A DNA stretch of 64,000 nt from Zootoca vivipara (Eukaryota). The stretch lies in NCBI RefSeq assembly GCF_963506605.1, contig NC_083288.1, positions 45,570,001 to 45,634,000 of the forward strand, in the 5' to 3' direction. Within the stretch, counting starts at the first letter, position 1. Every line of letters starts with the position of its first letter. Of the stretch, positions 36,565-49,014 are shown piece after piece. A model generated the notes under the pieces. It saw nothing but the letters and a program-made list of their open reading frames with translations. It was not told the origin of the DNA and did no database searches. The translations under genes and the position numbers were made by a program.

Positions 36565-37384
36565 ACTGCAAACTGCCCTGTGATCTTCAGAGGAAGGGCG
36601 TTATAATAAATAAATAATAAATAAATAATAATGATGACAATACATTAGCGTATCTTCTTCTTTCTCTCCTCCACCCCAAGGTTGCAAGTGGGGTTGGGCA
36701 CAGCAGCAGGAAGTGTATTGGAATTCTGGCCAGGAGTTTTCATCCTTCCCAGGACCCCAAACTTAGTGACATTAGAGGGAAGGCGGGGGAACATTCCAGC
36801 TCCACCCTGTGGGACAACAATTGGCTGTTGGGTGGGACAGCTCACTTGGCAATCACGTGGCATCATTATGAAGTCGCAGGATTGGTAGTTCTGCCAACCT
36901 GCCGAAGTCCCCAGCATGGGACAACTTCAAGGAACATCATGGGGAGGAAGAAGTGGTTTCACTGAATGGGGACTACCTCATCTTCCTTGAGCATTTGTGT
37001 GCCTACAGGTGATCAGCTGCTGGGCACTGGGAAGGAAACCTTCCTTCAGCAAAGGAATAATCAGGAGCCTGCTTTAATCTCATAATAGTTCCTTTGAAAC
37101 TGCACCCTTGTCTGCCCCATAACTGATGCAAATATCACATCATGTGTATGGTGGATGGGTGCAGTTTACCCCAAAATGGTTTGAAGATCCCAATGGAGGT
37201 GCCTGGAACACCACATTTGGCCATATGCCAGAGATTCCCCATCCATGTTCTAAATGAGAAAGGTTACTATTCCCCTACACGCACCCTAACAGTATGGAAA
37301 ATACCTGGAGAAAAAGTTTCCTCAGTGCTCTCCTTTTTCTGGGCATGTGTGAGAGAGAAAAGGTGCATTGTTTTTGTTTTTGTT

Positions 37385-38180
37385 TATAATGTGGGTTCTC
37401 CTTCATGGAGAGCACGTGTTGAGGTGGGGGCCTAACAAACTACCCCTGAGTTGCTGGGTTGGGGGCTATGAGTTGGCCACCGTTCTGATGGGACCCAGGC
37501 TGTTGTTGGGGAGAAAAGCATGTTTCAATTTCTGTGGGACAGCCAGGGGTATAAAAGGCAAGCATGTGATTTGTTCCTCCTCTTGGCTGCGTTCTTCGGA
37601 TCACCCGCCCTCCTTCCCTATGTTTAGGCCTTTGTGTTGACCTTGCTGTGCCTATCATGGGGTTGTCTGCTTGGCAGGGGCCTGGTAGGAATTTTGCCAT
37701 TTGGCTGATTGGCTGGTGCCATCTGGTTTTGCCTATTGCATAGCAAATTGTCACAACTTGTAAGGTTGGCAGTTAGGCATTGGTTATTTTGGTTGTATGA
37801 GGGGTCTTGTTGACTGTGTTGGCCCCTCAATTTAATGCCTGTGTGTTGGGGAAATTCCGGTCAGGAATACAGGGGCTCGATGCAGTGTCCGTAACCCCCG
37901 GTTGGGGGCCAGGGCCGCGTGAGAGCCCCTGGGAGCCTGAGGGGAGGGCCAACGCAGCCGGCTCCCTGTCTCTCCCTGTAGGGTTTCCCCTTGTTGACAA
38001 GGCTACCGGTAGTTTAGTTCTGTCCTTAGGGGACAGTTGGAGAACCAATTCCTACGCAACCACTCACATATTTTGTATTTTAATAAAGTTCTGGCCAAAT
38101 TCATGCCAAAAACCCAGAACAAAAATTCTGTCTGTGGTGTGAATTCTTTTGAGGGGTGGTTTTGGGGACCTCCGCACGCA
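37385..38180 (+). mobile_element. DIRS/Ngaro-like terminal-repeat element, subfamily A
   Basis: TATAAAA at about 37550, AATAAAGTTCTGGCC at about 38082; homologous to the 22465 copy. Confidence 0.6.
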
Positions 38181-38322
38181 ATCTTCTGGTCATGTGACCC
38201 ACTTTTGTATTTCTGTTCCTTTAACCTACCTCACAGAGTTGTTGTGAGGGTGGAATGGGTAGTGGCGAGAACCATGCAAAGAACCTTGTGCTCCTTGGAG
38301 GTAAGGTGGGATTTAACCCATC

Positions 38323-38467
38323 CAGTGCTTTTTTCCCTGGGGTTACGCATATCCCTATACATTTTGTGAATCTACGTTTGGCCTCGTTGAGGAGCATTAT
38401 TTCAATATGAGTAGGAAAATGAGAGTACCCCTAAACATTTTTTTAATTATTTTTTAAAAAAGTACTG
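38323..38467. mobile_element. hAT-type MITE
   Basis: cagtgcttttt ... aaaaagtactg TIRs; related partial inverted copy at about 49350-49511. Confidence 0.6.
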
Positions 38468-38581
38468 ACAACATCACCCTACAAGCTTCCCTCATTCCCC
38501 AGGCAATTTGTGGAAGAATAAATCAAACCAATTACGGTTCAACAAAGGAAGAGCAGGATGGATCAACAAGTTGCTTCATTC

Positions 38582-39327
38582 TCAGGGCATGATTTGTCTC
38601 TTCTTCAGACAGTCTTGGAAGGCCTCCTTGACCTTCTCATTCCTTAGACTATAAATAAAAGAGTTCAGTAAAGGAGTAACAACACCAGTAAGGACAGCAA
38701 GGCCCATCTGGACATCTTGGGAGTATCCCTGGCTGGGTAAAGAATACATGAAGATTGAACTGAGATAATAGATGGAGGCAACAGAGATGTGAGATGCACA
38801 GGTGGAAAATGTCTTTAGTCGACCTTTGGTGGAGTGCATGCGGAAGATGGTGGCGATGATGTAGATGTAAGAGAGAAGAGTGGCAAACAAAGAACTGAGG
38901 AGCATAACTGAGCACAATACATTCTCTATAGCCAGGAGGGGCTGCACATCACTACAAGAAAGCTTTACAACTGGGGAATAGTCACAGAAGAAATGGTCTA
39001 TAATATTAGAGTCACAGTAGGATAGGCGGCAGAGTAAAATGATTGGGACAACAGGAGCAAGGAAGCCACCGATCCAGCACCCCAGGACCAAATCAATGCA
39101 GACCCATCCATTCATGATGGTGGCATAGCGCAGTGGCTTGCAGATGGTGACATATCGATCAAAGGCCATCACAACAAGGATGGTTTCACTGGCGCCAAAG
39201 GAGAAGTAGAAATAGCATTGGGCCACACAGGCCAAGAAAGAGATGGCTTTGTTCAGAGAAACCATGTCCACCAGCATCTTGGGGATAATAGACGTGACAA
39301 AGAAGAATATTCTGTAATATTCCCGGC
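38582..39327 (-). pseudogene. 5'-deleted OR pseudogene (subfamily B)
   Basis: Open frame from the end of TM2 to the stop, one-codon deletion in TM3; N-terminus, TM1 and most of TM2 missing. Confidence 0.9.
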
Positions 39328-39888
39328 ATAGCCATGGTGCAGTTATCTTTCATGTAGAGTTCTAAATCCTATAATCTTACCACAGCTGGTTGTCTTGCCT
39401 TCATTCTGTTGGCATAATATCAGTTAAGCAAGCTTTATTAAAAGGTGCCTTGGGAGAATGGTCACAATGCTTGAATCAGCCTTCTACAATCTGTGCTCTT
39501 TTTATGTTTGGATTACAATTCCCAGTAGGTCCTGCCCAGTTCAAACCATCCAAACATCAACCATCACAGACCCTCCAAGTGACCCTATTTTCCAGGGACA
39601 TCCCTGATTTGGAGAAGCCATCCTGGTTTCTGATTTGATCACAGAATGTTCCACTTTTCCTTAGGATGTCCCTATTTTCATTGAAGAAATGTTGGAGGGT
39701 ATGGAGTTATCCGACCCTAGGCCATTTTAAAGCAATCTGGTACAGTGCCAAAAACCTGGTACACACACACACACTTCAAGTTGGGAAAGGGGACAACATA
39801 AAAGAAGGAGTAATTCTGAACTGGTACAGCTCCGTCATATGTCCAAAGTTAGGACTGCACAAGCTGAGGCACTCAATACAGACTAGCT

Positions 39889-40144
39889 CAGGGTCGTAAA
39901 CTAAGGCCCGGGGGCCGGATGCGGCCCAATCACCTTCTAAATCCGGCCCACGGACAGTCTGGGAATCAGCATGTTTTTACATGAGTAGAATGTGTACTTT
40001 TATTTAAAATGCATCTCTGGGTTATTTGTGGGGCATAGGAATTCATTCATATTTTTTTCCCCAAAAATATAGTCCGCCCCCCCCCCCCACAAGGTCTGAG
40101 GGACAGTGGACCGGCCCCCTGCTGAAAAAGTTTGCTGCCCCCTG
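39889..40144. mobile_element. hAT (Charlie-like) MITE
   Basis: caggg...ccctg TIRs, 8-bp TSD gactagct/ggctagct. Confidence 0.8.
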
Positions 40145-41526
40145 GGCTAGCTGCTCTAAAAATTTTTTTCTAGCAGAAGGTTCAGGTTGAATTCAGCCTC
40201 AACAGATTTTGGTTGTGGAGCTGGTTTTCCACATTAAGATTTGCCTTCAAAACATGACATACTTGTTGTGTGTCCCAGGAAAAAATGGGGCATCCCTTTT
40301 TTTCTCTGTGTGATATCACAACACCCATTTTGCGTGCTGTGAACACTCGACATCTTGCCCAGAAAAAGCACTTTTCTCAAGGTAGAGTGATGTGTGGGTC
40401 ACATGACTCACCTTGGAGTGCATCCCAGAAGACACACATGCTGGTATTAGATCTCCAAAATTTGGAGGGTATGACACCAGAGTGGTTATCTTACTTCCTC
40501 CCAGTGCCTTTTCCCCGTCCAAAGCTGATTTTTCACACAGTAGCTATCACTGGCAGATTTCATGAGAAAACTGTTAGAGGAGGAAAGGCTCATCAAGTTT
40601 GTTTACCATTGACCCAATGAAGCAGATTGCAACAAGCCACCATATCTAGCAACACATCAGTCATTTTTACTATTCTTTCACTGGGATACCTGATAGGAGC
40701 CTCCTATGGGAACTTCTGGATGTGAATTTAGGGCTGTAGCCAACTAAGTTCTAACCACTGAAATTAATTGGCCTCAATCGGCAGCTATATTAATTTCAAT
40801 GGGTCTACTTTGAGTAGGACTAACTTTGAAGACAGCTCTTAGTATTGCAAAAGGAGTTGTTCAGGTATTGCAAGTGTGTGTGTAGTTTATTTGAATTCCC
40901 CCTGAAAGGGTAAATCTAGATTAAATGGGGGTGGGGGGATTCTGATGCCAACAATGTTGTGAAGATGCTGGCAAAAAATGTGTATGCATTAGAAGCACAC
41001 AGCAGCCTGTTTTTATGTGATTTGTTTCTCTCACAGATTGGACTTTTCGCAATAGTGTATTCCAGCCAGAAGGCCCAGTTTTCACATGAACAGAGGTCGC
41101 ATGAAGGTTGCTAGTCAAACCTTTGCAGAGCTACAATTCCCAGCACCCTTAGTAAACTACAGTTCCCAGAAATATTTCAGGAAAGCCAATACTTTTAAAG
41201 TGGTATAAGAGTGCATTAAATGTATGGTATAGGTGTGACCAGGGACTTTGTAACCACCCTTCTAGGATGTATAAACTGGGGCAAAGGCTTCCTGCCTCAG
41301 AGGGTTGTTGTGCTGACAAAAGTGCATAGGTAGAGCTATACAAATGAGATGGCTGGCTGATGACTAGATACCTTTATGATTCTATGATCTTCGGACTATG
41401 AAATAAAGATCTGGTAATAATTCAGAGGTTTTCCAAACCAATGAAGGTTTTTTTTAAAAAGGAGGAATCTATTTATTTGGGCTTCTGAAACTCCATAAGA
41501 AGTATCATAGATCTATTTTGATCAGT

Positions 41527-42510
41527 TCATAACTCCCCTTCCTTCCATCGTTTCAAACTGCATGAGTTTCTCTGCATTTTATTAAATACATGCTTGCAGG
41601 CAAAAACATTTTTCAAGGCATCTTGGACCTGCCTGTTCCTCAGGCTGTACACAAAGGGGGTCATAAGAGGACAAACCACATTGTTAAGAACGGCCACAAC
41701 CTTGTTGAAGTTTTGCCCACCATCCCGCTCAGGTATGATGTACATAGAGATGCAGCTTCCATAGGTGACAGTGACAACGGTGATGTGGGCAGCACAGGTG
41801 GAAAAGGCCTTCTGCCTCCCTGCAGCAGTTGGGATGTGGAGAACAGTTGAGATTATATTCACATAGGACACAACAGTGATAGCTAAAGTCCCCAGTAGCG
41901 TAAACACCGAAAGAATAAAGCCGGAGAGCTCTAGGAAATGTGTGTCACCACAGAGAAGACGGAGTAATGGTTTGCTGTCGCAGAAGAAATGGTCAATGAT
42001 GTTTGAGCCACAAACAGGAAATTGAATGAACAGAACAGTTTGGGCCAAAATCACAGCAAACGACCCAATCCAAGAGAACAGCACCAAAAGTGTGCAGAGC
42101 GTCTCGTTCATGATGGTGGTGTACCTTAGGGGGTTGCAGATGGCCACATATCGGTCAAAGGACATCACAGTCAGCAGGAAGAAATCTGTGGTGCCCAGAA
42201 AGAAATAGAAAAACAATTGGCTTAAACATCCAGCATACGAGATTGTTTTCCTGCCAGATGCAAGGTTGAACAACGCCTTTGGGACGGCAGCAGTGGTGTA
42301 TCCAATTTCCAAGACGGCGTAATTCCGGAGGAAGAAATACATGGGTGTCCTGAGGTGGGAATCCATGAGAGTGATGGTAATAATGATCATGTTTCCCATT
42401 ACAGCCATCAGGTACATGATTAAGAAAAGGACAAAGAAAAATATCTCTAGTTTGCCATTCTCAGTGAATCCCAGCAGTAAAAACTCATTGATCTTTGTTT
42501 GGTTCTCCAT
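41527..42510 (-). CDS. Olfactory receptor, family-6-like (subfamily C), 327 aa
   Basis: MENQTK start, LRTPMYFFL, MSFDRYVAIC, KAFSTCAAH, PFVYSLRN. Confidence 0.95.
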   Translation of the reverse strand: MENQTKINEFLLLGFTENGKLEIFFFVLFLIMYLMAVMGNMIIITITLMDSHLRTPMYFFLRNYAVLEIGYTTAAVPKALFNLASGRKTISYAGCLSQLFFYFFLGTTDFFLLTVMSFDRYVAICNPLRYTTIMNETLCTLLVLFSWIGSFAVILAQTVLFIQFPVCGSNIIDHFFCDSKPLLRLLCGDTHFLELSGFILSVFTLLGTLAITVVSYVNIISTVLHIPTAAGRQKAFSTCAAHITVVTVTYGSCISMYIIPERDGGQNFNKVVAVLNNVVCPLMTPFVYSLRNRQVQDALKNVFACKHVFNKMQRNSCSLKRWKEGEL

Positions 42511-44492
42511 AAGGTCTTGATGTTCACAAGTTATTTGCTGGGAAAAGATGAGTATAGATAAGTAGCATCATTATCATCATCATTATTATGAAGTTAAGCC
42601 AAGCCTGCCTGGATCAGACCAGGGAAGCCTCCTGTTTCATACATTTACCCAGAATCGGAGTCATAGAATCATAGAGTTGAAAGGGACCACAAAGGTCATC
42701 TAGTCAAAACACCTGCAATGCAAGAATCCTTTTGCCCATTGTGGGGTTGAACCCAAGACCCTAAGATTAAGAGTCTCATTCTCTTCCAACTGAGCTATCC
42801 AGTCAGTGGAAATTCACACAACTGGATTCAATTGACCATACCTGCAAAGAGAGCGGTAAATGTCCATTTACAAGTGCCATTTTTATCCAAAGCACACATG
42901 CAAAGAGTAAAGGCTTTGCAAACATTGAACAATCAGCTGATCAGTTGCAAAGCCCTTCTCTGGCAACATATCTGCAAAGAAATTAATTGAGACTGCCAAT
43001 AACTATTGGTAATTTGGCGTTCACACTATTGGTTAGTACTTCCACGTAATGAAGAACTAATAACAATGTTTGTGAGATAGTGTGTGAGGAAGGCAGCTAC
43101 TGAATTTGCACATCACCAGGGCAGGTCTTAACTTAGGTTGAGTGAGGCAGTTACCTTATGGAACAGAAGGTGAACGGTTCAGTGCAATGTTGGAGGACAG
43201 AGTTGTGGGTACCACATCCCCTGCCATATATTCCTTCAGCTAAAGCATGGTAGACGACTTCACTGTGTCACCAGTGTTGATGTAAGAGTCAGCTGCCCTT
43301 TGCCTCAGGCTCCGTAATACCTCATCTCACCATGTCCATTGTACTGTGACTGCCTCTGCCCTGAAAGAGAGTCTGACTTCACTGTGACAATGGTTGTATT
43401 ACCAAAATCAGAAGCTGAGCCAATGGGATTGTGGCAGAAAATAGGCACAACAGCTTTGCTAACCATCATGGAGCTCAGGCCAGAAAATTACCATGTTCGG
43501 CATATGTGGCTTGAAGTCAGAGTACATAAAAGCCTTTATGCCCAAAATGATTGTGAGAGAGTTCTAAGATTTCAAAAAGTGTGTAATTGGAGTTGAGCCA
43601 CGGTGCCTGAAGGACCACAGGTGGAAGGGAGGGAATACTACGAATATAATAGCAAAAGTGGTCAAATTCTCCTATAATATTTGTAAGAATGCACACATTG
43701 GTGACAATAAGACGTCAAAGTTCATTATATTACGAAAAATGGCTTTGAAAAAACGTGTAGATTAGGAAAAAATGCCTACCAAAATGTGCATTTTAGGAGA
43801 ACTTTTTTTCACGAAGACTTAAATAAATAAATAAACATAAGTAAAAACAATGTGATTTACCTAAATTTTGTATTAGTTAACTATTTAATCATATAGCACG
43901 GCACTGATTCAACCCTAGATATATCTCAAAAAAAGGAAAAAAAATGACATATTTGCCTCATTATAAAAATAAGAAAACTCACCTTTATAAAGCAAAGCAG
44001 TATAATATGCTATAATATGTCTCACCTAGGTAAGATGCAGCTTTCAGCACCAGATCTATAATATAGATTTCCTGTGTCACTTAAATCTTATCATGGCTGG
44101 GTGTCTTTAATCATACTCTCTATAGAATACTAGTGAGGGAAGCTTTATTTAAAGGTACCTTGGGAGGAGGATGTTCACTGTTAAGTGGAACAAAGCTGCT
44201 TTAAATTGCATAGATTAGCCTTCTCCAACCCTTGCTCCCCACATGTTTGGACTACAGCTCCCAGCAGCCACTGCCAGATCCAAAGGGTCCCAAATTCAAT
44301 CTCCAGGTTAGGAGCTGATGATTATTCCGCTCTTTCCCAGGTCTATCTGAAGTTGGTAGCAATTGAACCCAGGACTTTCTGCGTGCAAATCAGACACTCT
44401 ACCACTCAGCCCTCCCCATCCCCCACAATGGAATGTGTTGCACCCATAACAGAGGACAGGAGGCACCTGGCCAAGTGCTGGAAGTCCCCAAT

Positions 44493-44497
<5 letters not shown>

Positions 44498-44560
<63 letters not shown>
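44498..44560. repeat. (TA)n microsatellite
   Basis: Pure TA run. Confidence 0.95.
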
Positions 44561-44562
<2 letters not shown>

Positions 44563-45231
44563 CATACATACTGTACCTGCTAGCATGTTGAGCAAAGCAG
44601 AAAAACAAATAGAAAGAGTGGTTATATATATCACCCCCTTAAGGACCCTTTAAGAAGATGGCAAAAATGTACCGGTATCTTTGGATCATCAGTGGTGGTT
44701 AACTTGGATAGGACCACAGGTTAGCTACCCTTCCTCTGTCTATAGACATCACCCCTCTCCTTTGCCTGTTTAAGTCACGGTCAGCAGTGATTAGAAATGG
44801 GTCCATTTTCCGCTCTCCATCCCCCCAAGAAATGCTTAGCAGACATTTAATTAATTTAAATGAGCTGTACACCCCCTTACAGTGGAGATTCCAGTTTCAT
44901 GGTGAGTGTTTCAGTCTCCTGAAATAGCTGCTTGCCAGTTCTTCATGCTTGCTGTGGCCTGACCTCCATCAATGGATGCTAACTATTCCTTGTAGCTCAT
45001 CTCTCCTCTCCTCCCATTCCTTGAATGCTTTCCAAAAGTACTTTATAAGTATCAAAACGTGCACTCACCCAAATTTGACTAGCTGGTATCACTGAGAACA
45101 ATAGTAGGGAACTGAGGGTGCTGACAAGTGGTTTTCCTTTTTCCCAGAATACTGAAAAGGTTGTCATAAAAGTGATTTTGTCAAAGTGGAAAGTGTTTGT
45201 TCATTTCTGTGTTCTGTGTTCTGTTCATTTG

Positions 45232-45667
45232 AGTGTCCAGAGGAGGGCAACCAAAATGGTCAAAGGCCTGGAAACGATGCCTTATGAGGAACGGCTTAGG
45301 GAGCTGGGTATGTTTAGCCTGGAGAAGAGAAGGTTAAGGGGTGATATGATAGCCATGTTCAAATATATAAAAGGATGTCATATAGAGGAGGGATAAAGGT
45401 TGTTTTCTGCTGCTCCAGAGAAGCGGACACGGAGCAATGGATTCAAACTACAAGAAAGAAGATTCCACCTAAACATTAGGAAGAACTTCCTGACAGTAAG
45501 AGCTGTTCGGCAGTGGAATTTGCTACCAAGGAATGTGGTGGAGTGGTGGAGACAGAGGCTTGACGGCCATCTGTCAGGAATGCTTTGATGGTGTTTCCTG
45601 CGGGGTTTCGGACTGGATGGCCCTTGTTGTCTCTTCCAATTCTATGAGTCTATGAGTCTATGATTCT
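45232..45667 (+). mobile_element. CR1 3' fragment, young
   Basis: CR1 ORF2 end and octamer tail; absent from the inverted duplicate. Confidence 0.9.
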
Positions 45668-45993
45668 AAAGAGAGCTGCTTTTTTTCAGAAATGAATACA
45701 AATGACAACAGTTTTGCAAATGGGTTAATTTAAAAGGTATATTTGTTTTACATTGATGTTTAAGTTAGGGGACTTAGTTTGTTAAAAAACACACACAACA
45801 ATCCCAGTTTTTATAGACTATCTAAAGGTACTGCAGGAAACTTTGCTATATAATAAACTTTAAACTTTATTATATATTTTCCTAAGCTCCAAGTCTACTC
45901 ATTATCTTCTTAACAATAACAAGAACAATGATAATATCTATGCTGAAATACCTCTATGAATCAAGTTGCGCTTCTTATTCATTTTCCGGGTGG

Positions 45994-46012
45994 TAATTAA
46001 TTCTCTAGGGAA
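45994..46012. promoter_or_regulatory. Homeodomain plus O/E(EBF)-like composite site, copy 1
   Basis: TAATTAA directly followed by TTCTCTAGGGAA; identical at 46582-46600. Confidence 0.45.
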
Positions 46013-46581
46013 TGAATTCAAGGAACAAATTTATTAAACTGTGACAGAATAATTTTGACCTCCAATAACCTTACTAGATTCTAGCAGATCAGAGACCCTT
46101 ACAGCCACCCAGATTTGACAGGTTGGCATAACGGGGGGCAATTATGAGGAACTGAGAGTGTGGGCAAGTGATGGGAATTTAAACTCTTTTTTTTTTTTTT
46201 GGTGCACAGAAAAAGTTGCCATAAGAGTGATTTTGACAGAGTTGAAAGTGTTTGTGAAATGCCGTGAGTAGTTTCACCTCATCTCTAAAGACAGCATTCT
46301 ACATATCAGAAAGGATGACTTTTTTCAAATGCATGTTGATTTCAAATATACAGCATGTCTTTTTAAACTGATGTTAAAAGTTAAAAACCTTTACATGGGA
46401 CTTTTAAAAATCCAGTTTTCATATGCGTTTTCATAGAGCATTGCTAGAAACTTTGCTAGATAATTAACTTCAATCCTTAAACAAATGATTAGTTCCCAAG
46501 TCTACTTATTAACTTCTTTAAAAATTAAACCATCTAAGTTGAGATGCCTCCAAGGATCAAAACTTGCCTCTCACTTTAGGG

Positions 46582-46600
46582 TAATTAATTCTCTAGGGAA
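46582..46600. promoter_or_regulatory. Homeodomain plus O/E(EBF)-like composite site, copy 2
   Basis: Same motif within a diverged tandem duplicate. Confidence 0.45.
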
Positions 46601-47149
46601 TGATTGCTAGGAACAAACTTCTTAAACTTTTAAAAATAATAATGATGATGATGATGATGACCTCTGGTAACCTTGGTTGATACCAGGAAATCAGAAAACA
46701 ACTGAATGAATACCAGATCTCCTTCTCATAGACCAGCATGTAGACAGTGGTAAAGTGGTCAATTCTAAAGTGCAGGAACCTATCAGGACAGCCCCATCCC
46801 CAAGATGAGAGTCCACAAAAGTAGGCAGGTGTGGACTATATACATCAGTGATAGCCAAAATGGTGCCCTCCACATGAAGTTGGACCCTGCTGTCCCTGAC
46901 CAAAGCTATACAGGCTGAGGCTGATGGGCTTTGTAGTCCAACAACTTCTGGGGGGCATCTTCTTGGTAATCCATGATCTGCATACAGGCAAATACATATG
47001 AGGCAAAGGACACAGAATATATTATCCAATGCATGAGGGTCAGAAAGACTGAAATGGAGCCATTCAAAGTGTATCAGCTTTACCTACCTCATCCATTAAA
47101 GTAAAAATAAAATAAACCAAATGATATTCACAGGTATTCTGCCAATGGC

Positions 47150-48565
47150 TTCAGAACTGTGCCATCTTGGAAATTGGATACACCATTGCTGCCATCCCAA
47201 AAGTGTTGTTCAACCTTGCATCTGGCAGGAAAACAATCTCGTATGCTGGATGTATAAGTCAATTGTTTCCCTATTTCTTCCTGGGGACATCACATGCATT
47301 GGGGGTCATGTTGTGAAGGATCCTGTCATCAAAATATACAGGAAGGAACTGTTACAGCCCGATAGTGTACACCTCACAGCCACTGGTAACGATTATTGGC
47401 TGAGCGAGCCAATGGGCATGGCCTCTTGCAATGGTTGGCCGTTTGCGAAGCGTCTTTTCAGGTGTAGGTAGTCTTGGTGGCGAGACCTTGATTTGCAGTC
47501 TTGGGTGGCAGGTGCAGGCCTTGGGCGGAATCCTTTAGTCATTTACCAGAAAGGGGGGACATGAGGGAGGTGACCCCCCGCCCCCATTGCGGCAGCGATA
47601 CCATGGTTCCCATAAACGGGGTCTGGGGGGGAGGCATTGACCATATGCCCAGAGGTCATCATTGCCCTCCCCCTCCAGTGGCGGCGAAAAGGGGGGCGGG
47701 CTATCTGCTTGAACATATGTTCTCCAGAGCTAGCCCAACCCCCACATATGCTGGATAACCCTGAAATTACCCAGATCCCCGGCTGGGGGCTGGGAAGGAT
47801 AAACACCCAGTGCCTGAGCCAAGGTCTCCCTACACCTGAATCTTAATAAAGTTGTGGCCAATTTTAATCCCATAGAACATTGTCTGGTGTCATTATTCTG
47901 CTTGGGGGTTGCCTGGGGTTTTGGGGGACTCCGCCTGACCGCCCAAAACAATCTCGTATGCTGGATGTATAAGTGAATTCCCCCCCCCTATTTCTTCCCG
48001 GGGACCACAGATTTCTTCCTGCTGACTGTGATGTCCTTTGACCGATATGTGGCCGTCTGCAACCCCCTAAGGTATACCACCATCATGAACGAGACGCTCT
48101 GCACACTTTTGGTGCTGTTCTCATGGATTGGGTTGCTTGCTGTGATTTTGGCCCAAACTGTTCTGTTCATTCAATTTCCTGTTTGTGGCTCACACATCGT
48201 TGACCATTTCTTCTGCGACAGCAAACCATTACTCCATCTTCTCTGTGGTGACACACATTTTCTGGAGCTCTCCAGCTTTATTCTTTTGGTGTTTACACTA
48301 CTGGGGACATTAGCTATCACTGTTGTGTCCTGTGTGAATATAATCTCAACTGTTCTCCACATCCCTACTGCTGCATCTGCGCTGCCCACATCACCGTTGG
48401 CACTGTCACCTATGGAAGCTGCATCTCTATGTACATCATACCAGATCAGGGTGATGGGTATAATTTTAACAAGGTTGTGGCCATTCTTAACAATGTGGTT
48501 TGTCCTCTAATGACCCCCTTTGTGTACAGCTTGAGGAACAGGCAAGTTAAAGATGCTTTGAAAGG
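47150..48565 (+). pseudogene. OR pseudogene (subfamily C)
   Basis: Highly similar to 41527-42510; 5' end missing, insertion at 47289-47945, about 22-bp frameshifting deletion removing GRQKAFS near 48375. Confidence 0.9.
47289..47945 (+). mobile_element. DIRS/Ngaro-like 3' fragment with SGNH-hydrolase C-terminal remnant
   Basis: GGHVVKDPVI...LLQPDSVHLTATGNDYWL resembles the DGVHL block V of SGNH hydrolases; followed by a repeat shared with 13937. Confidence 0.6.
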
Positions 48566-48878
48566 TGCTTTTTGACTGCAGACATTTATTTAATAAAGGA
48601 CAAATAAACTGGTGTAGTTCAAAAGAAAGAGAGGAGGGATAAGTGTGAACCATCTCAAATAGGCCCATAATACATCTTGTGGCATGTCAAAAGCTGGAAC
48701 AAATAGTTTTATTTTATTTTATTTTTTAAAAAACTCTCTCTATACCTTTTACGCCATATAATCCATATCATTGTTCAATTCAGGAAATCTGGAGCAAGAA
48801 CATTAATCAATCAATCAATCAATCAATCAAATCTTTTATTGACATCATTTTCAAACAAGAACATCTGAACATCTGGAG

Positions 48879-49014
48879 CAGGCATCCCCAAACTGCGGCC
48901 CTCCAGATGTTTTGGTCTACAACTCCCATGATCCCTAGCTAACAGGACCAGTGGCCAGGGAAGATGGGAATTGTAGTCCAAAACATCTGGAGGGCCAAAA
49001 TTTGGGAATGCCTG
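48879..49014. mobile_element. Palindromic hAT MITE
   Basis: Long TIRs caggcatccccaaa / tttgggaatgcctg, perfect TSD atctggag. Confidence 0.9.

Larger units (their letters stand above)
42180..45905 (-). repeat. Left arm of inverted segmental duplication (partner 59283-64000)
   Basis: Block-wise reverse-complement identity; the ORF track also shows near-identical peptides 43339+/62964- and 44185+/60069-. Confidence 0.9.

Noticed and set aside
43339-43596. Duplicated small ORF (also 62964-63305) as a conserved micropeptide
   Set aside because: TTG start and different stop positions; similarity is explained by the segmental duplication
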